Positions 15,626 to 24,446 are shown, counted from the first letter of the stretch. The stretch is DNA of 64,000 nt from Saprospiraceae bacterium (GCA_029263015.1 JAJCYI010000184.1:1266-65265); one strand, 5' to 3'. Numbers and translations are program-made. The notes: generated by a model from the letters alone, not told the origin.

Positions 15626-17632
15626 TTAATTTTCAATTCTCAGCTTAACCCCCATCCTAAAATACCGCCCCGGCATGGCTCGCCGCTCAATGACTCGGTA
15701 TTTGGTGTTCCAGAGGTTTTCTATTTTGAAAAATAGGCGGGCGTTCCAATCGCCTTTTTGCCAGTCATTTTCAATCCGCAAAGCTCCGACCTGATAGTTG
15801 GGCATGACGCCAACATTTTGGGTGTTCACTGATCCGGTAAAATGATGTTGGTAGCTCATTGAGAATGTATTCAATTTTAATTGAAAATTTCCAAATGCCT
15901 GATGTTCAGGCGTGTATATCAGTTGCTCCCCTCTGTCAAAACTTGGATTTTCGATTGCTTCCTGATAGGTTGACTTGATGAAATCGTACCCGCCTTTGAA
16001 TCTTATTGCCGTTTTTTTGAAATGAAATTTCAGTTCCAATCGCTGCTCGATGCCCCTGCTCCAGACTGCCGTTATATTGCTCGGTGAATAAAAGGACTCC
16101 CCCTCACGGATGCTCCATTGGATCCAATTTTCGATGTTGCGGTTGAATGCGGTGATGGAGTAAGTGAGTTTATTTGATTGACAGACTTTCAATCCAAGCT
16201 CCTCGCTCCACCCTTTTTCAGGCTTTAGGTTTTTATTGCCACCTGGATTCCAATAACGGTCGTTCAGCGAGGGTAGGCGGAAATTACGGGTCAGTTTGCC
16301 CTCTAGGATAAGCCAGTCGGACAATGCACCTTGAATGCCAAGGCCAGGTATGAAAGGTGACAGGTTGCCGTCAACCAATTCTTGGCGGGTGTTCAGTTGG
16401 GCTTCCCAATTACCAAATTCTTGGCGGTACAGTGCAAAAACCGCCGTGCGGTTTTCTTGGCGTGGCTGTCCATAGCTTTTAGAATCCGATTCGATCCAAG
16501 TGTTGCTGAAACCGATCTGGAGTTTTTGTTTTTCGGTGAAATGCCATTGTTGCTGCACTTCGCCCATGGCTTTCCAAAAGTCATTTTCCGCCAGTAGGTT
16601 TATCAATGGGTCGAGGTATTCCTGTCTTTCCCTGAACAGGCCGGCCCTTACTGACAGGAACCCTTTTTTACCTGCACGTTTCCAATTCAAAACAGTCCTG
16701 AAAAAACCGTCTTTTTGCTCTGCCTCGCTGTGATTTTGCACCGTGGTGGGAGGTATTTCCCGGTTGGTCTTTTGCAGCCAGGTATGGATGGAAAATTGTT
16801 CGTTGGATTTTGGGTTCCAGTACAGATCATGTAGCAGGCCGTTCTGCTGTATCGCTGCGTTTTCTTGTTTTCTATCTGGTAAAACAGGGCTAACGGGATA
16901 AGAGAAATCATTCTCGGCTTGTTGGTGAAAATACCGCAGGTTCTGTTGCCATTTGCCTTTCCCGAATTGCAGTTTCACCTGCTGGTGCCACCAACCAAAA
17001 CTGCCTATTTCACTTTGAGAGGATATGGAAAAGCCTTCTCTGTCAACTGGTTTGTTGTTCAAAAAAACCGTTCCGCCGATAGCACCGCTGCCCCATGGGG
17101 CGCTGTTACCACCAAAAGCAACACTCATTTCGTCGACAAAACCAACGGGCATGAGGGAAAAATCGAGTTGCCCCAGCATAGGGTTTTCGACTGGTAAGCC
17201 ATTCCAGATTACTTGGGTATGCCCGGCACTGCCGCCTCGGATCGAGGTGGTGGCCGAACTGCCAAGGCCATAACTTTTCACGAATACGCCACTTTCGGTT
17301 GCCAGTAGTTCACCGAGGTGATTGGTGTTGTGGTTTTGCAGATCGGCAGGTTGCCAGGATACTCGTCTTTCTCCAATGGTTTGTTCGCGAATGGGGGAGG
17401 CAGTTATTTCGATGGTCTGGAGCTGGCGAGTGGAGTCTATTGATTGGTGATTGCTGGTTGATGATTGTTGGGTGTGGAGCAATAAGGGCCAAGCCATTGC
17501 TATTGCGAAGCAAAAGGTGGTTGTTGAAAAAATATATTTTCCGAAGGAAAGCAAAATTCTGCTTAAATGTTTGCGAAGCAAAAAAGAAAAAGACAGGCAG
17601 AAACGCAGGTAAGGAACAGCCAATGCCGACAA
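15626..17632 (-). CDS. TonB-dependent receptor, BtuB-like (cobalamin riboswitch controlled); start codon uncertain
   Basis: 668-aa ORF with plug (IEITASP...GGSAGHTQVIWNGLPV) and barrel, ending ...RYFRMGVKLRIEN. The track start is a TTG. A TTG near 17581 would give a cleaner signal peptide. Confidence 0.85.
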   Translation of the reverse strand: MSALAVPYLRFCLSFSFLLRKHLSRILLSFGKYIFSTTTFCFAIAMAWPLLLHTQQSSTSNHQSIDSTRQLQTIEITASPIREQTIGERRVSWQPADLQNHNTNHLGELLATESGVFVKSYGLGSSATTSIRGGSAGHTQVIWNGLPVENPMLGQLDFSLMPVGFVDEMSVAFGGNSAPWGSGAIGGTVFLNNKPVDREGFSISSQSEIGSFGWWHQQVKLQFGKGKWQQNLRYFHQQAENDFSYPVSPVLPDRKQENAAIQQNGLLHDLYWNPKSNEQFSIHTWLQKTNREIPPTTVQNHSEAEQKDGFFRTVLNWKRAGKKGFLSVRAGLFRERQEYLDPLINLLAENDFWKAMGEVQQQWHFTEKQKLQIGFSNTWIESDSKSYGQPRQENRTAVFALYRQEFGNWEAQLNTRQELVDGNLSPFIPGLGIQGALSDWLILEGKLTRNFRLPSLNDRYWNPGGNKNLKPEKGWSEELGLKVCQSNKLTYSITAFNRNIENWIQWSIREGESFYSPSNITAVWSRGIEQRLELKFHFKKTAIRFKGGYDFIKSTYQEAIENPSFDRGEQLIYTPEHQAFGNFQLKLNTFSMSYQHHFTGSVNTQNVGVMPNYQVGALRIENDWQKGDWNARLFFKIENLWNTKYRVIERRAMPGRYFRMGVKLRIEN

Positions 17633-17699
17633 GCCATTTTACAAAAAAATAAAACGATGCCTGCCAGCTACGTTTCATCCTGGCCTTTCACCCGAAAGC

Positions 17700-17975
17700 C
17701 TCTGTGAATGATAAAATTGGCAGGTCTTCTGGCTCACTCCATTTTTTGACGCCTTCCCCGGTTCAGTTGGCAGTATGCAGTAAGCAGACTGGACTTTCCC
17801 AAGTGGCATTATATCAAAAAATATCAATGAATCACGACCAAGAACTAAGAACTAAAAACCAAGAACTAATCACCAGTCACGAATCACCAAAGAAGCTTAC
17901 AGCAGCGGGGACTGCCCCGGATTTTCACCGGGTTCCCTATTAAGGCTGGCAACGGTTTGCCTACCACCAATTTTG
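17700..17975 (-). promoter_or_regulatory. Cobalamin (B12) riboswitch
   Basis: The minus strand reads AATAGGGAACCCGGTGAAAATCCGGGGCAGTCCCCGCTGCTGTAAGC ... GCCACTTGGGAAAG ... CCGGGGAAGGCG ... B12 box GAGCCAGAAGACCTGCC (17719-17734). It lies directly 5' of the receptor gene. Confidence 0.85.
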
Positions 17976-18000
17976 CGGGGCGAAGATAAAGAAGAATAAT

Positions 18001-18042
18001 GGAGAATGGGGAATTGAAAATTAATTTCCCATTCTTCAAAAT
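18001..18042 (-). terminator. Heptamer-built hairpin downstream of the porin-like gene
   Basis: GGAGAAT GGGGAAT TGAAAAT TAATTTC CCATTCT TCAAAAT; GAATGGGGAATT pairs with AATTTCCCATTC. Confidence 0.4.
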
Positions 18043-18065
18043 GCGGTAACCCGTGGCAATTGGGC

Positions 18066-19247
18066 TCAATAATAATAACTCATGCCGAATTGTAGCCTGA
18101 ACATTCTACTGCTTGGGAACCGGCCGTTTTCAAAAAAGAAAAGGGGTATGCTGTCACCGTGGATATTATAATATGCGATTGGCCTGATCGCTAATTTTTC
18201 AGAGATGAAAAATTCAGCGGAAAGGAATAAATTAGAAGTGGTGACTACATCATTGTATGAGGAAAAGGAGTCGAAGACGTAGAAGGTAATACCTGTGCTT
18301 AAGATTGAATTATCGAAAAAGTAATTCAATCCAGCCTGGGCTGTGCCTCCCCAACCAAAACTAGAGGAATCAAACACATCGAAGAAGGCCAAGGATTGGC
18401 CAAGCCCAGCCGAAGGGGCGAAAAATAATCGGTCGCCTAAAGGAATATATTTTTCCAATGAAGGCAAATAGAGACCTATGCCCGCTTTTCTTACATCTTT
18501 TCCGAATGACCCAAAACCAAAAAACCGGTGAACTAACCGGAGGCCATGTCCGATGAATTTTGATTGTTCGAAAGAACCTAAAAAGCCAATGTTTTTATAG
18601 TCTATCTGGCCTGAGAGATGCAGGTACCGGTTTCCTTTTTTCAGGTATCGCTCCGCAAGGGGAAGGCGCTCAGGTTTGAATGTTTTTTCAGGATTTGATG
18701 GCAGGAAAAAATTCACTCCAAGGGAAATGTCCAATCCGGTGGGTTTATTTTTTGTGTCGAAAATCGGGTCGCCCTGCGAGCCGGGAAAACCAACCTGGAT
18801 AAGCGTTTTGTTATAATAGTTGTAGTTGAACCGCAGCTCTAATGCGGCATTTTGGGACAAGAAGCGAGCAATCCCAGCACTAATATTTCCATCACTTAGC
18901 CCAACTGAGCTTGCGCCAATCGATTGGTTGAAATCCGTTTGGAGGTAAATCCGGTTTTTGTTTTTAAAAAAATAATACCTTGAAAAAATACCGTAAGCGG
19001 GGATGTTGAACCTGCTTTTTTCAGAGAAATCAATAATATAGGTGGGGCTGTATTTTACCCCGAAAAAGAAGTTGTCAAAAAAGGCATAACCTGCCTGTAC
19101 ATCCATAGTGCCAATAAAATTATTGGATTCCTGAAAGTTATTGTGGGTTAGCCAGCCATTTAAATTAAGCAGCAAGCTGCCTTTTTCCGTTTGGGAATAG
19201 GAAGTGGAAATATAAAAGGAAAGGAATATGGTAAATAGGAGGCGCAT
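18066..19247 (-). CDS. Putative outer-membrane beta-barrel protein (uncharacterised)
   Basis: 393 aa with a signal peptide (MRLLFTIFLSFYISTSYSQ), alternating aromatic/Gly-rich strands and a C-terminal ...FGMSYYY. Confidence 0.55.
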   Translation of the reverse strand: MRLLFTIFLSFYISTSYSQTEKGSLLLNLNGWLTHNNFQESNNFIGTMDVQAGYAFFDNFFFGVKYSPTYIIDFSEKSRFNIPAYGIFSRYYFFKNKNRIYLQTDFNQSIGASSVGLSDGNISAGIARFLSQNAALELRFNYNYYNKTLIQVGFPGSQGDPIFDTKNKPTGLDISLGVNFFLPSNPEKTFKPERLPLAERYLKKGNRYLHLSGQIDYKNIGFLGSFEQSKFIGHGLRLVHRFFGFGSFGKDVRKAGIGLYLPSLEKYIPLGDRLFFAPSAGLGQSLAFFDVFDSSSFGWGGTAQAGLNYFFDNSILSTGITFYVFDSFSSYNDVVTTSNLFLSAEFFISEKLAIRPIAYYNIHGDSIPLFFFENGRFPSSRMFRLQFGMSYYY

Positions 19248-19269
19248 ATTTTTGGAACTATTAAGGCAA

Positions 19270-19301
19270 GGTATCGGATGCCTCCAAAGGCGTCCGACAC
19301 C
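19270..19301. repeat. Degenerate REP-A hairpin GGTATCGGATGCCT-CCAA-AGGCGTCCGACACC
   Basis: Same design and core as REP-A, but with mismatches. Confidence 0.7.
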
Positions 19302-19308
19302 TTAAGTT

Positions 19309-21648
19309 TCAAGGCTTCACTTTCTTCCCCATTGCTTTCTGCATTGGGTTGAGCACTTCTTCAGCTTCATCTTCTTTGTAAACCTTGAACAGCTTGGGGG
19401 TTTCAGGCATTGGCATTGAATTGTTTCTCTCGTTCAAATCTGCTGTTTCGCGGTAAGGATCAAGTTTTACATGTGTAACGACCTTGTCTTTTACAAAAAC
19501 CTTCTTCACCTCATTCTCATCCTTCCGCCAGATTTCGGCTGCCAGTCGCTGCACTTCTTTGGTTCCGTCCTCGAACGTCCATTCGAGGATAACAGGCATG
19601 ACGAGGCCGTGGTTGGTGAACTTGATTTCATAATAATTTTTCTCATTGTATTTCTCTTTCTTTTCCTTTTTGGAAAAAACTATTTTTTCAGCCTTTTTCG
19701 TCTGCACGGAATCTTCCGTTTCCCAAGGTCGGTAGGAGGTGTAGAAATCGACCAGTTCCGAGTCCTTGTCCACGTCGAAAGCCATGCCCGATTCTTTGTT
19801 CCTTATTTTCGAAATATCATCAAAAGGCTTCTCTTTTATTATGGTATCAACGACCGTCAATTCAGCTGGGTCGTTTTCCAGATCGGCTTTGTACCAGCTG
19901 ATGCTGTCCATTGAAATGTCAACGGCATCAATGCCATAAAACCAGCCACGCCAAAACCAATCAAGGTCCATCGCAGAGGCATCCTCCATGGTCCGGAAGA
20001 AGTCAGCAGGCGTGGGGTGTTTGAAAGCCCAGCGTTCGCAATACTCTTTGAATGCCATGTCAAAAAGCTCCCGCCCCATGATGGTTTCACGTAAAATATT
20101 GAGGCCCGTGGCAGGTTTTGCATACGCGTTCATACCGAATGAGATGATGTTGTCACTATTGGTCATGATCGGTTCCAATTGATTGGGGGCTTCGCCCATG
20201 TAGTCGGTGATCTTGTTTGCTGGGCCGCGTCGGTGGTTCCAATTATTGTCAAATTCCGAGAGGGCGAGGAACTGCACAAATGTGTTGATGCCTTCGTCCA
20301 TCCACGACCATTTGCGCTCATCGCTGTTGATTATCATGGGAAAATAGTTGTGCCCGACCTCATGGACGATGACCGAGATCGCACCCAGTTTTGCCCTTTC
20401 GGTATAGGTGCCGTCCTCTTCCGCCCTTCCAAAATTGAAACAGATCATCGGGTATTCCATGCCACTGGATGCCTCTACAGAAATGGCTACGGGATAAGGG
20501 TAGGGGATCGAGTACTTGGAATAAGTACGCAACGTATGTGCTACTGCCTTGGTAGAATATCGGCTGTAAATCGGATAAGATTCTTTTGGATAATAGCTCA
20601 TGCACATCACCCGTTTGCCGTTGGCATTGTAATGAGGCAAGGCATCCCAGATGTATTTGCGGCTGGCCGTCCAGGCGAAGTCACGGACGTTATCGGCTTT
20701 GTAAATCCAGGTTCTGGATTTTGTGCTTTTTTTGCTGTCAGCATTTGCTTTTGCCTCGTCGAGCGTGATGATCTGTAAAGGCTCTTTGGCAGATTTGGCC
20801 TGCTCCCAGCGTTGCAGTTGGGTTGGGGTGAGCAGGGTGGAGTAGTTGAGGCATTCGCCAGTGGAGCCGACAACATAATCGTCGGGAAGGGTCATTTTTA
20901 CCACATAATTTCCGAAGGTAAGTGCAAATTCCCCTCGTCCGGTAAATTGTTTGTTTTGCCAACCTTCTACATCTGAATAAACGCAAAGCCTTGGAAACCA
21001 CTGCGTTATGGTGTAAATGTAGTTGTCTTCATCAGGAAAATATTCATATCCACCTCGACCCCAAAATCCATCTACCCGATCGATGATGTTGTAATGCCAT
21101 TTGATGTTAAAAGAAATCTGTTTGTTCGGCTTCAACCTTTCCGTTAAGTCGATCCGCATCATCGTTCCGTTAATAATATAATTGAGTGGCTTGTCATTTT
21201 CATCCGTTACGGCCTCAATGATGTGTCCGTACTTGTTTTTGTCCTTCCATGATTCCAGCATGTACAGCGCCTTTTCGTTCATCTCTTCTTTCATACTGCT
21301 GGCGTTGAAATGATGATGGTCGAGGTGGCCTTGATGTTCATTTTCATCCAGTTGCAACCACAGGTATTTTAGTGTGTGCGGTGATTGGTTGTAATAAGTG
21401 ATTTTTTCGTTTCCGTTAAGTCGTTGTACCTCGGTGTCGAGGGTGCATTCAATGTCATAGTCGGCACGTTGTTGCCAATAGTCAGGGCCGGGTGCGCCGT
21501 CGATTCCCCGGTATGGGGTGGCGCTTGGCAGCACAGCGTCGAGCTGTTCGAATGCCTTGCCGTGGTTGGAAGTGTTTTGTGAAACGATAACCGCATTTGT
21601 TAAGAGCAAAAGCGCAAACGAGGAGAGGAATAATTTAGGTGAATACAT
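19309..21648 (-). CDS. M1 family metallopeptidase (aminopeptidase N-like), secreted
   Basis: 779 aa with VIVHEVGHNYF...WMDEGINTF (HEXXH-18-E) and a signal peptide. Confidence 0.9.
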   Translation of the reverse strand: MYSPKLFLSSFALLLLTNAVIVSQNTSNHGKAFEQLDAVLPSATPYRGIDGAPGPDYWQQRADYDIECTLDTEVQRLNGNEKITYYNQSPHTLKYLWLQLDENEHQGHLDHHHFNASSMKEEMNEKALYMLESWKDKNKYGHIIEAVTDENDKPLNYIINGTMMRIDLTERLKPNKQISFNIKWHYNIIDRVDGFWGRGGYEYFPDEDNYIYTITQWFPRLCVYSDVEGWQNKQFTGRGEFALTFGNYVVKMTLPDDYVVGSTGECLNYSTLLTPTQLQRWEQAKSAKEPLQIITLDEAKANADSKKSTKSRTWIYKADNVRDFAWTASRKYIWDALPHYNANGKRVMCMSYYPKESYPIYSRYSTKAVAHTLRTYSKYSIPYPYPVAISVEASSGMEYPMICFNFGRAEEDGTYTERAKLGAISVIVHEVGHNYFPMIINSDERKWSWMDEGINTFVQFLALSEFDNNWNHRRGPANKITDYMGEAPNQLEPIMTNSDNIISFGMNAYAKPATGLNILRETIMGRELFDMAFKEYCERWAFKHPTPADFFRTMEDASAMDLDWFWRGWFYGIDAVDISMDSISWYKADLENDPAELTVVDTIIKEKPFDDISKIRNKESGMAFDVDKDSELVDFYTSYRPWETEDSVQTKKAEKIVFSKKEKKEKYNEKNYYEIKFTNHGLVMPVILEWTFEDGTKEVQRLAAEIWRKDENEVKKVFVKDKVVTHVKLDPYRETADLNERNNSMPMPETPKLFKVYKEDEAEEVLNPMQKAMGKKVKP

Positions 21649-22025
21649 TCAGTGTTTTTTTGTTTTGAAATAAGGAACGATGAAAAGATGAATCTACATT
21701 ATTGGGTTTTGGGTAGGCAAAGATAAAAACTGGAATCAAACGGAATGGTTGCTTTTTGAGAAGAATGTTTGAATAGGAGGGAAATGTCCAGCGGGGTACT
21801 TATAAAATAAAATAATCGTTTTGGACAAAAAAAGGCGGGAGGGTCCTACCCACTCCCACCAAATAACAGAATGCTTTTGCATTCCTGATTATTTATTTGG
21901 ACTCCTCATTACTTACTGAACCTCATGTTCATCCTCTAAATTTTTGTCTGGTAAATGGTGGAGTAAAACCAACGAAATAATGGCTGTGGCAAGAAGTATT
22001 AAATCGTTCATGGCTCATTTTGGAT

Positions 22026-22412
22026 TTATTTAGGTGTTGTGTTTTTTTGTCGGAATATATTTGACTTTCGGAAAAAAAGTCCTTTCCAGTCCCATGTTCT
22101 TTTTGGTGCTTCAATTCTTAAAGATCGGTGTGTCCGGTATGTGCCGGATATTATCGAAAAATCATATTTGCCGGGTGGCAACTTTGAAAGATCCATTTCA
22201 ATGGTCCTTCCTGATTCAGGGAGGCAATGAACAGTTTGAAATACAACATCTCCCTCCATTGTCCGCACGATCACTGCAACCGGTTTTATTATAGTGCCTG
22301 CGCAAGCAAGGAACACCTTTCCGTCATCCAGCGGTGGATTTGGGAAAAGTTCACCGATGAGTATGTCATGATAGCTGTTCATCGTTCCTGAATTCTTTTG
22401 GGCATGGTGCAT
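22026..22412 (-). CDS. Doubtful ORF resembling an isolated T9SS C-terminal sorting domain (probable gene remnant)
   Basis: LFPNPPLDDGKVFL...VIVRTMEGDVVFQT...DLSKLPPGKYDFSIISG has the CTD pattern. It has no N-terminal passenger domain or signal peptide. Confidence 0.35.
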   Translation of the reverse strand: MHHAQKNSGTMNSYHDILIGELFPNPPLDDGKVFLACAGTIIKPVAVIVRTMEGDVVFQTVHCLPESGRTIEMDLSKLPPGKYDFSIISGTYRTHRSLRIEAPKRTWDWKGLFFRKSNIFRQKNTTPK

Positions 22413-22471
22413 AGAGTTGTTTTCATAAATTTGGTCTTTCTATTTCGTAGCGATTAGAGTTGGTGGAACTG

Positions 22472-22638
22472 TAAGTAACAAAGCCTAATTAATCGGGTAT
22501 TTTGAGAATACCTTTTTCTGCTACCTGCCTGCCTACAGGTTTTCCTCGAAAAAATAAGTCCGAAACTTGGCTATGCACTAATTTTTTCAAGAAAACTATC
22601 GAAAAAATCTTACCCTCAAAATTTACCTTTGTTACTTA
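22472..22638. repeat. Foldback element FB-D (167 bp)
   Basis: Termini are TAAGTAACAAAG / CTTTGTTACTTA. The core ...CTTGGCTATGCACTAATTTTTT...CTATCGAAAAAATC is collinear with FB-C. Confidence 0.7.
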
Positions 22639-22673
22639 ACATATTCTGCTGTGCACAAAGTTAAGGCAGGGCA

Positions 22674-22714
22674 GGGGGGACAAATCGGACATATTGGGGG
22701 GACAAATTGGACAT
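22674..22714. repeat. Two direct 19-nt repeats GGGGGGACAAAT(C/T)GGACAT with 22-nt phasing
   Basis: Read directly; 18/19 identical. Confidence 0.8.
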
Positions 22715-22889
22715 TTTAGTTAAAATGAAGCAATTATCAGGTTGAAATTAGAATAGACTTGCCTGGAAGGAAGATTGAAGAATGAGATGTGGGAACTTGC
22801 CAAAATACTCTAAGATGTCATTTTATTAAGAATCAAGGCACTGTAAGAAGTCCGCTATTAGGTGAGATTTTAACTTAAAATGGGATTAG

Positions 22890-22923
22890 AAGAAGCATCG
22901 CTTTTCAAAAAGCGATGCTTCTT
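22890..22923. repeat. Perfect hairpin AAGAAGCATCGCTTT-loop-AAAGCGATGCTTCTT, 3' of the tail-collar gene (terminator or REP-like)
   Basis: 15-16 bp perfect stem. Confidence 0.7.
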
Positions 22924-22937
22924 AAGGGATGGTCTCC

Positions 22938-23417
22938 TCAATTCCTTGAAGGATAAATTCCTTGCAGGCAAATGCAATATGTCAAACCCAAGTTTGGATT
23001 GTTGACAGCAGTTTTTTGACCAGGCTGGACGGTAGTTACCGATTGAGTTCCACCTTTCTGCCCTAATTTGACCTCAGGTAAGCCGACGCCATAGCCATTC
23101 CCAATAGGAGCACGTCCGCGCAAATCCGGCAGGCCAAAAGTGGTTCGTCCGTCGCCTCCATAGGTGGTACCCAACAGGGAGAACAAGGCGTTGTTTTGGG
23201 AAATTGGCAACAGTTGCCCATCGCAACGTGCCCAAAATCGAGGGCAGAAATTTCCTCCAAACATCATAATCTCTCCGAAAAATGGGTTTTCACTCACAGC
23301 GACTGTGGTTTCCCCGGCAGGACTGTTGGGACTACTGGATGTGGTGGCCATAACACCAAGGAAAAAGATGCCTCCAGCAACGAAAGCAAGGATTGAGTTG
23401 GTAGTGATTTTTGACAT
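22938..23417 (-). CDS. Phage tail collar domain protein (MdpB-like)
   Basis: GEIMMFGGNFCPRFWARCDGQLLPISQNNALFSLLGTTYGGDGRTTFGLPDLRGRAPIG. ATG at 23415-23417 gives MSKITTNSILAFVAGG... with a TM anchor. Confidence 0.85.
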   Translation of the reverse strand: MSKITTNSILAFVAGGIFFLGVMATTSSSPNSPAGETTVAVSENPFFGEIMMFGGNFCPRFWARCDGQLLPISQNNALFSLLGTTYGGDGRTTFGLPDLRGRAPIGNGYGVGLPEVKLGQKGGTQSVTTVQPGQKTAVNNPNLGLTYCICLQGIYPSRN

Positions 23418-23485
23418 GGTGGATAAGTTTTGTTTATGATAATTGACAAATTTAACCAATTTGAAGAAATGCACCCTATTTCAAA

Positions 23486-23892
23486 GCTAAATGTTATCAA
23501 TAATCAAATCACTCAAAATCCTGACCTCCGTTTTTTCAATAGCATGTTCAACCCCTTTAAAAACAATTAATTTTCCGCTCATTAATTTTCCCGCAGCTTC
23601 TTTTGCTTCTTTTATCAGCTTTTTCAGGATGATTTTTTGCAAATTTCAAAGCAGCATATCCACCCATGCTTTATCCAAAAATATGGGGACTGCTAATTTT
23701 GTTTTCGGAAATGAAATCGGCAATGTTTTCTGCAAATAAATCTATTGAGAAATCATTCTTGGAAGGTCGACCTCCATGTCCTTCAAAATTAAAATTGTGT
23801 ACCTCGAATTTATTGGAAAACCTATTTTTAAGTTCACTAAATTGTTCTTTGCTGCCCAATGCTCCATGTAATAAAATAATGTCCCCTTTCAT
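23486..23892 (-). pseudogene. Alpha/beta hydrolase pseudogene (nonsense codon in the nucleophile elbow, internal loss, frame change)
   Basis: The ORF reads MKGDIILLHGALGS...SSPHIFG then TAA, followed in frame by SMGGYAALKFAKNHPEK. This is G-[stop]-S-M-G-G where GYSMGG is expected. The C-terminal piece ...LIVFKGVEHAIEKTEV... is in another frame, and the total is too short for the fold. Confidence 0.7.
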
Positions 23893-23893
23893 A

Positions 23894-23942
23894 TTTTTAC
23901 TTTTTACTTTTTACTTTTTACTTTTTACTTTTTACTTTTTAC
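23894..23942. repeat. (TTTTTAC)x7 perfect heptamer array
   Basis: Read directly. Starts 1 nt beyond the pseudogene ATG. Confidence 0.95.
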
Positions 23943-23972
23943 TTTTCTGCCTGCCTGCCGGCAGGTTACTTT

Positions 23973-24446
23973 TTACTTGACCTCAAACGTCCCCTCTGTT
24001 TTCTTTACGTCCAATATCTGTGTGAGCTTCGATCTGCCAGGCATTTCCACAAAAACCATGTTGGTTTGCTTGCTGAATTTTTCGATCAGCAATTGGTCGG
24101 AAACCAATATGTTGGAGATATTGGAATGAATGTGTTTAGGAGTTGAAAAAGTGACCTGGACTTGGTCATTTTTATTTTGTATGGACTGGAATATCAATGG
24201 TTGTTCTTGTCTATTCACGCTCAATTTTACTTTTTGTAAAATATAATTTCTTACGGAGTCGGCCTCTAAATTGCCAGCCTTAGGATCACCATATATTGCT
24301 TCTTTCAGGTCGTCCTGAAATAAATAAAATTTTACATCGAATATTTCTTTTTCTTCAGAATAAACGATTTCGCACACGCTCATTTTAAATTCGTGGGTGG
24401 CAAAACTGCTGCACAACAAAAAGGATAAGAAAAAGTGAACGACCAT
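23973..24446 (-). CDS. Small secreted protein co-encoded with HupE/UreJ (DUF6702-like, from memory)
   Basis: The ATG at 24444-24446 overlaps the upstream TGA by 1 nt. Begins MVVHFFLSFLLCSSFATHEFKMSVCEIVY... Confidence 0.6.
   Translation of the reverse strand: MVVHFFLSFLLCSSFATHEFKMSVCEIVYSEEKEIFDVKFYLFQDDLKEAIYGDPKAGNLEADSVRNYILQKVKLSVNRQEQPLIFQSIQNKNDQVQVTFSTPKHIHSNISNILVSDQLLIEKFSKQTNMVFVEMPGRSKLTQILDVKKTEGTFEVK

Noticed and set aside
20179-20778. 199-aa plus-strand ORF (similar cases at 30926-31546, 45115-45675, 49872-50441, 52400-53349)
   Set aside because: All are antisense inside genes with unambiguous motifs (M1 peptidase, alaS, acs, radical SAM, BNR protein).
21965-22010. 32-codon minus-strand ORF (MNDLILLATAIISLVLLHHLPDKNLEDEHEVQ) encoding a single TM helix
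   Set aside because: Plausible small membrane peptide, but too short to support without conservation or expression data.
22674-22714. Interpretation of the 22-nt phased repeats as a Tn7-like transposon end
   Set aside because: The resemblance is superficial (GGACAAA). There are no tnsABC-like genes and no opposite end in the window. Kept only as an unexplained repeat.
22938-23417. Tail-collar gene as evidence of a prophage
   Set aside because: It is a single gene with a TM anchor and has no capsid, tail, integrase or lysis genes nearby. It fits the free-standing MdpB-like family.
23894-23942. Possibility that the tandem arrays are CRISPR arrays
   Set aside because: Units are 7-8 nt with no spacers, and there are no cas genes. 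These are simple tandem repeats.
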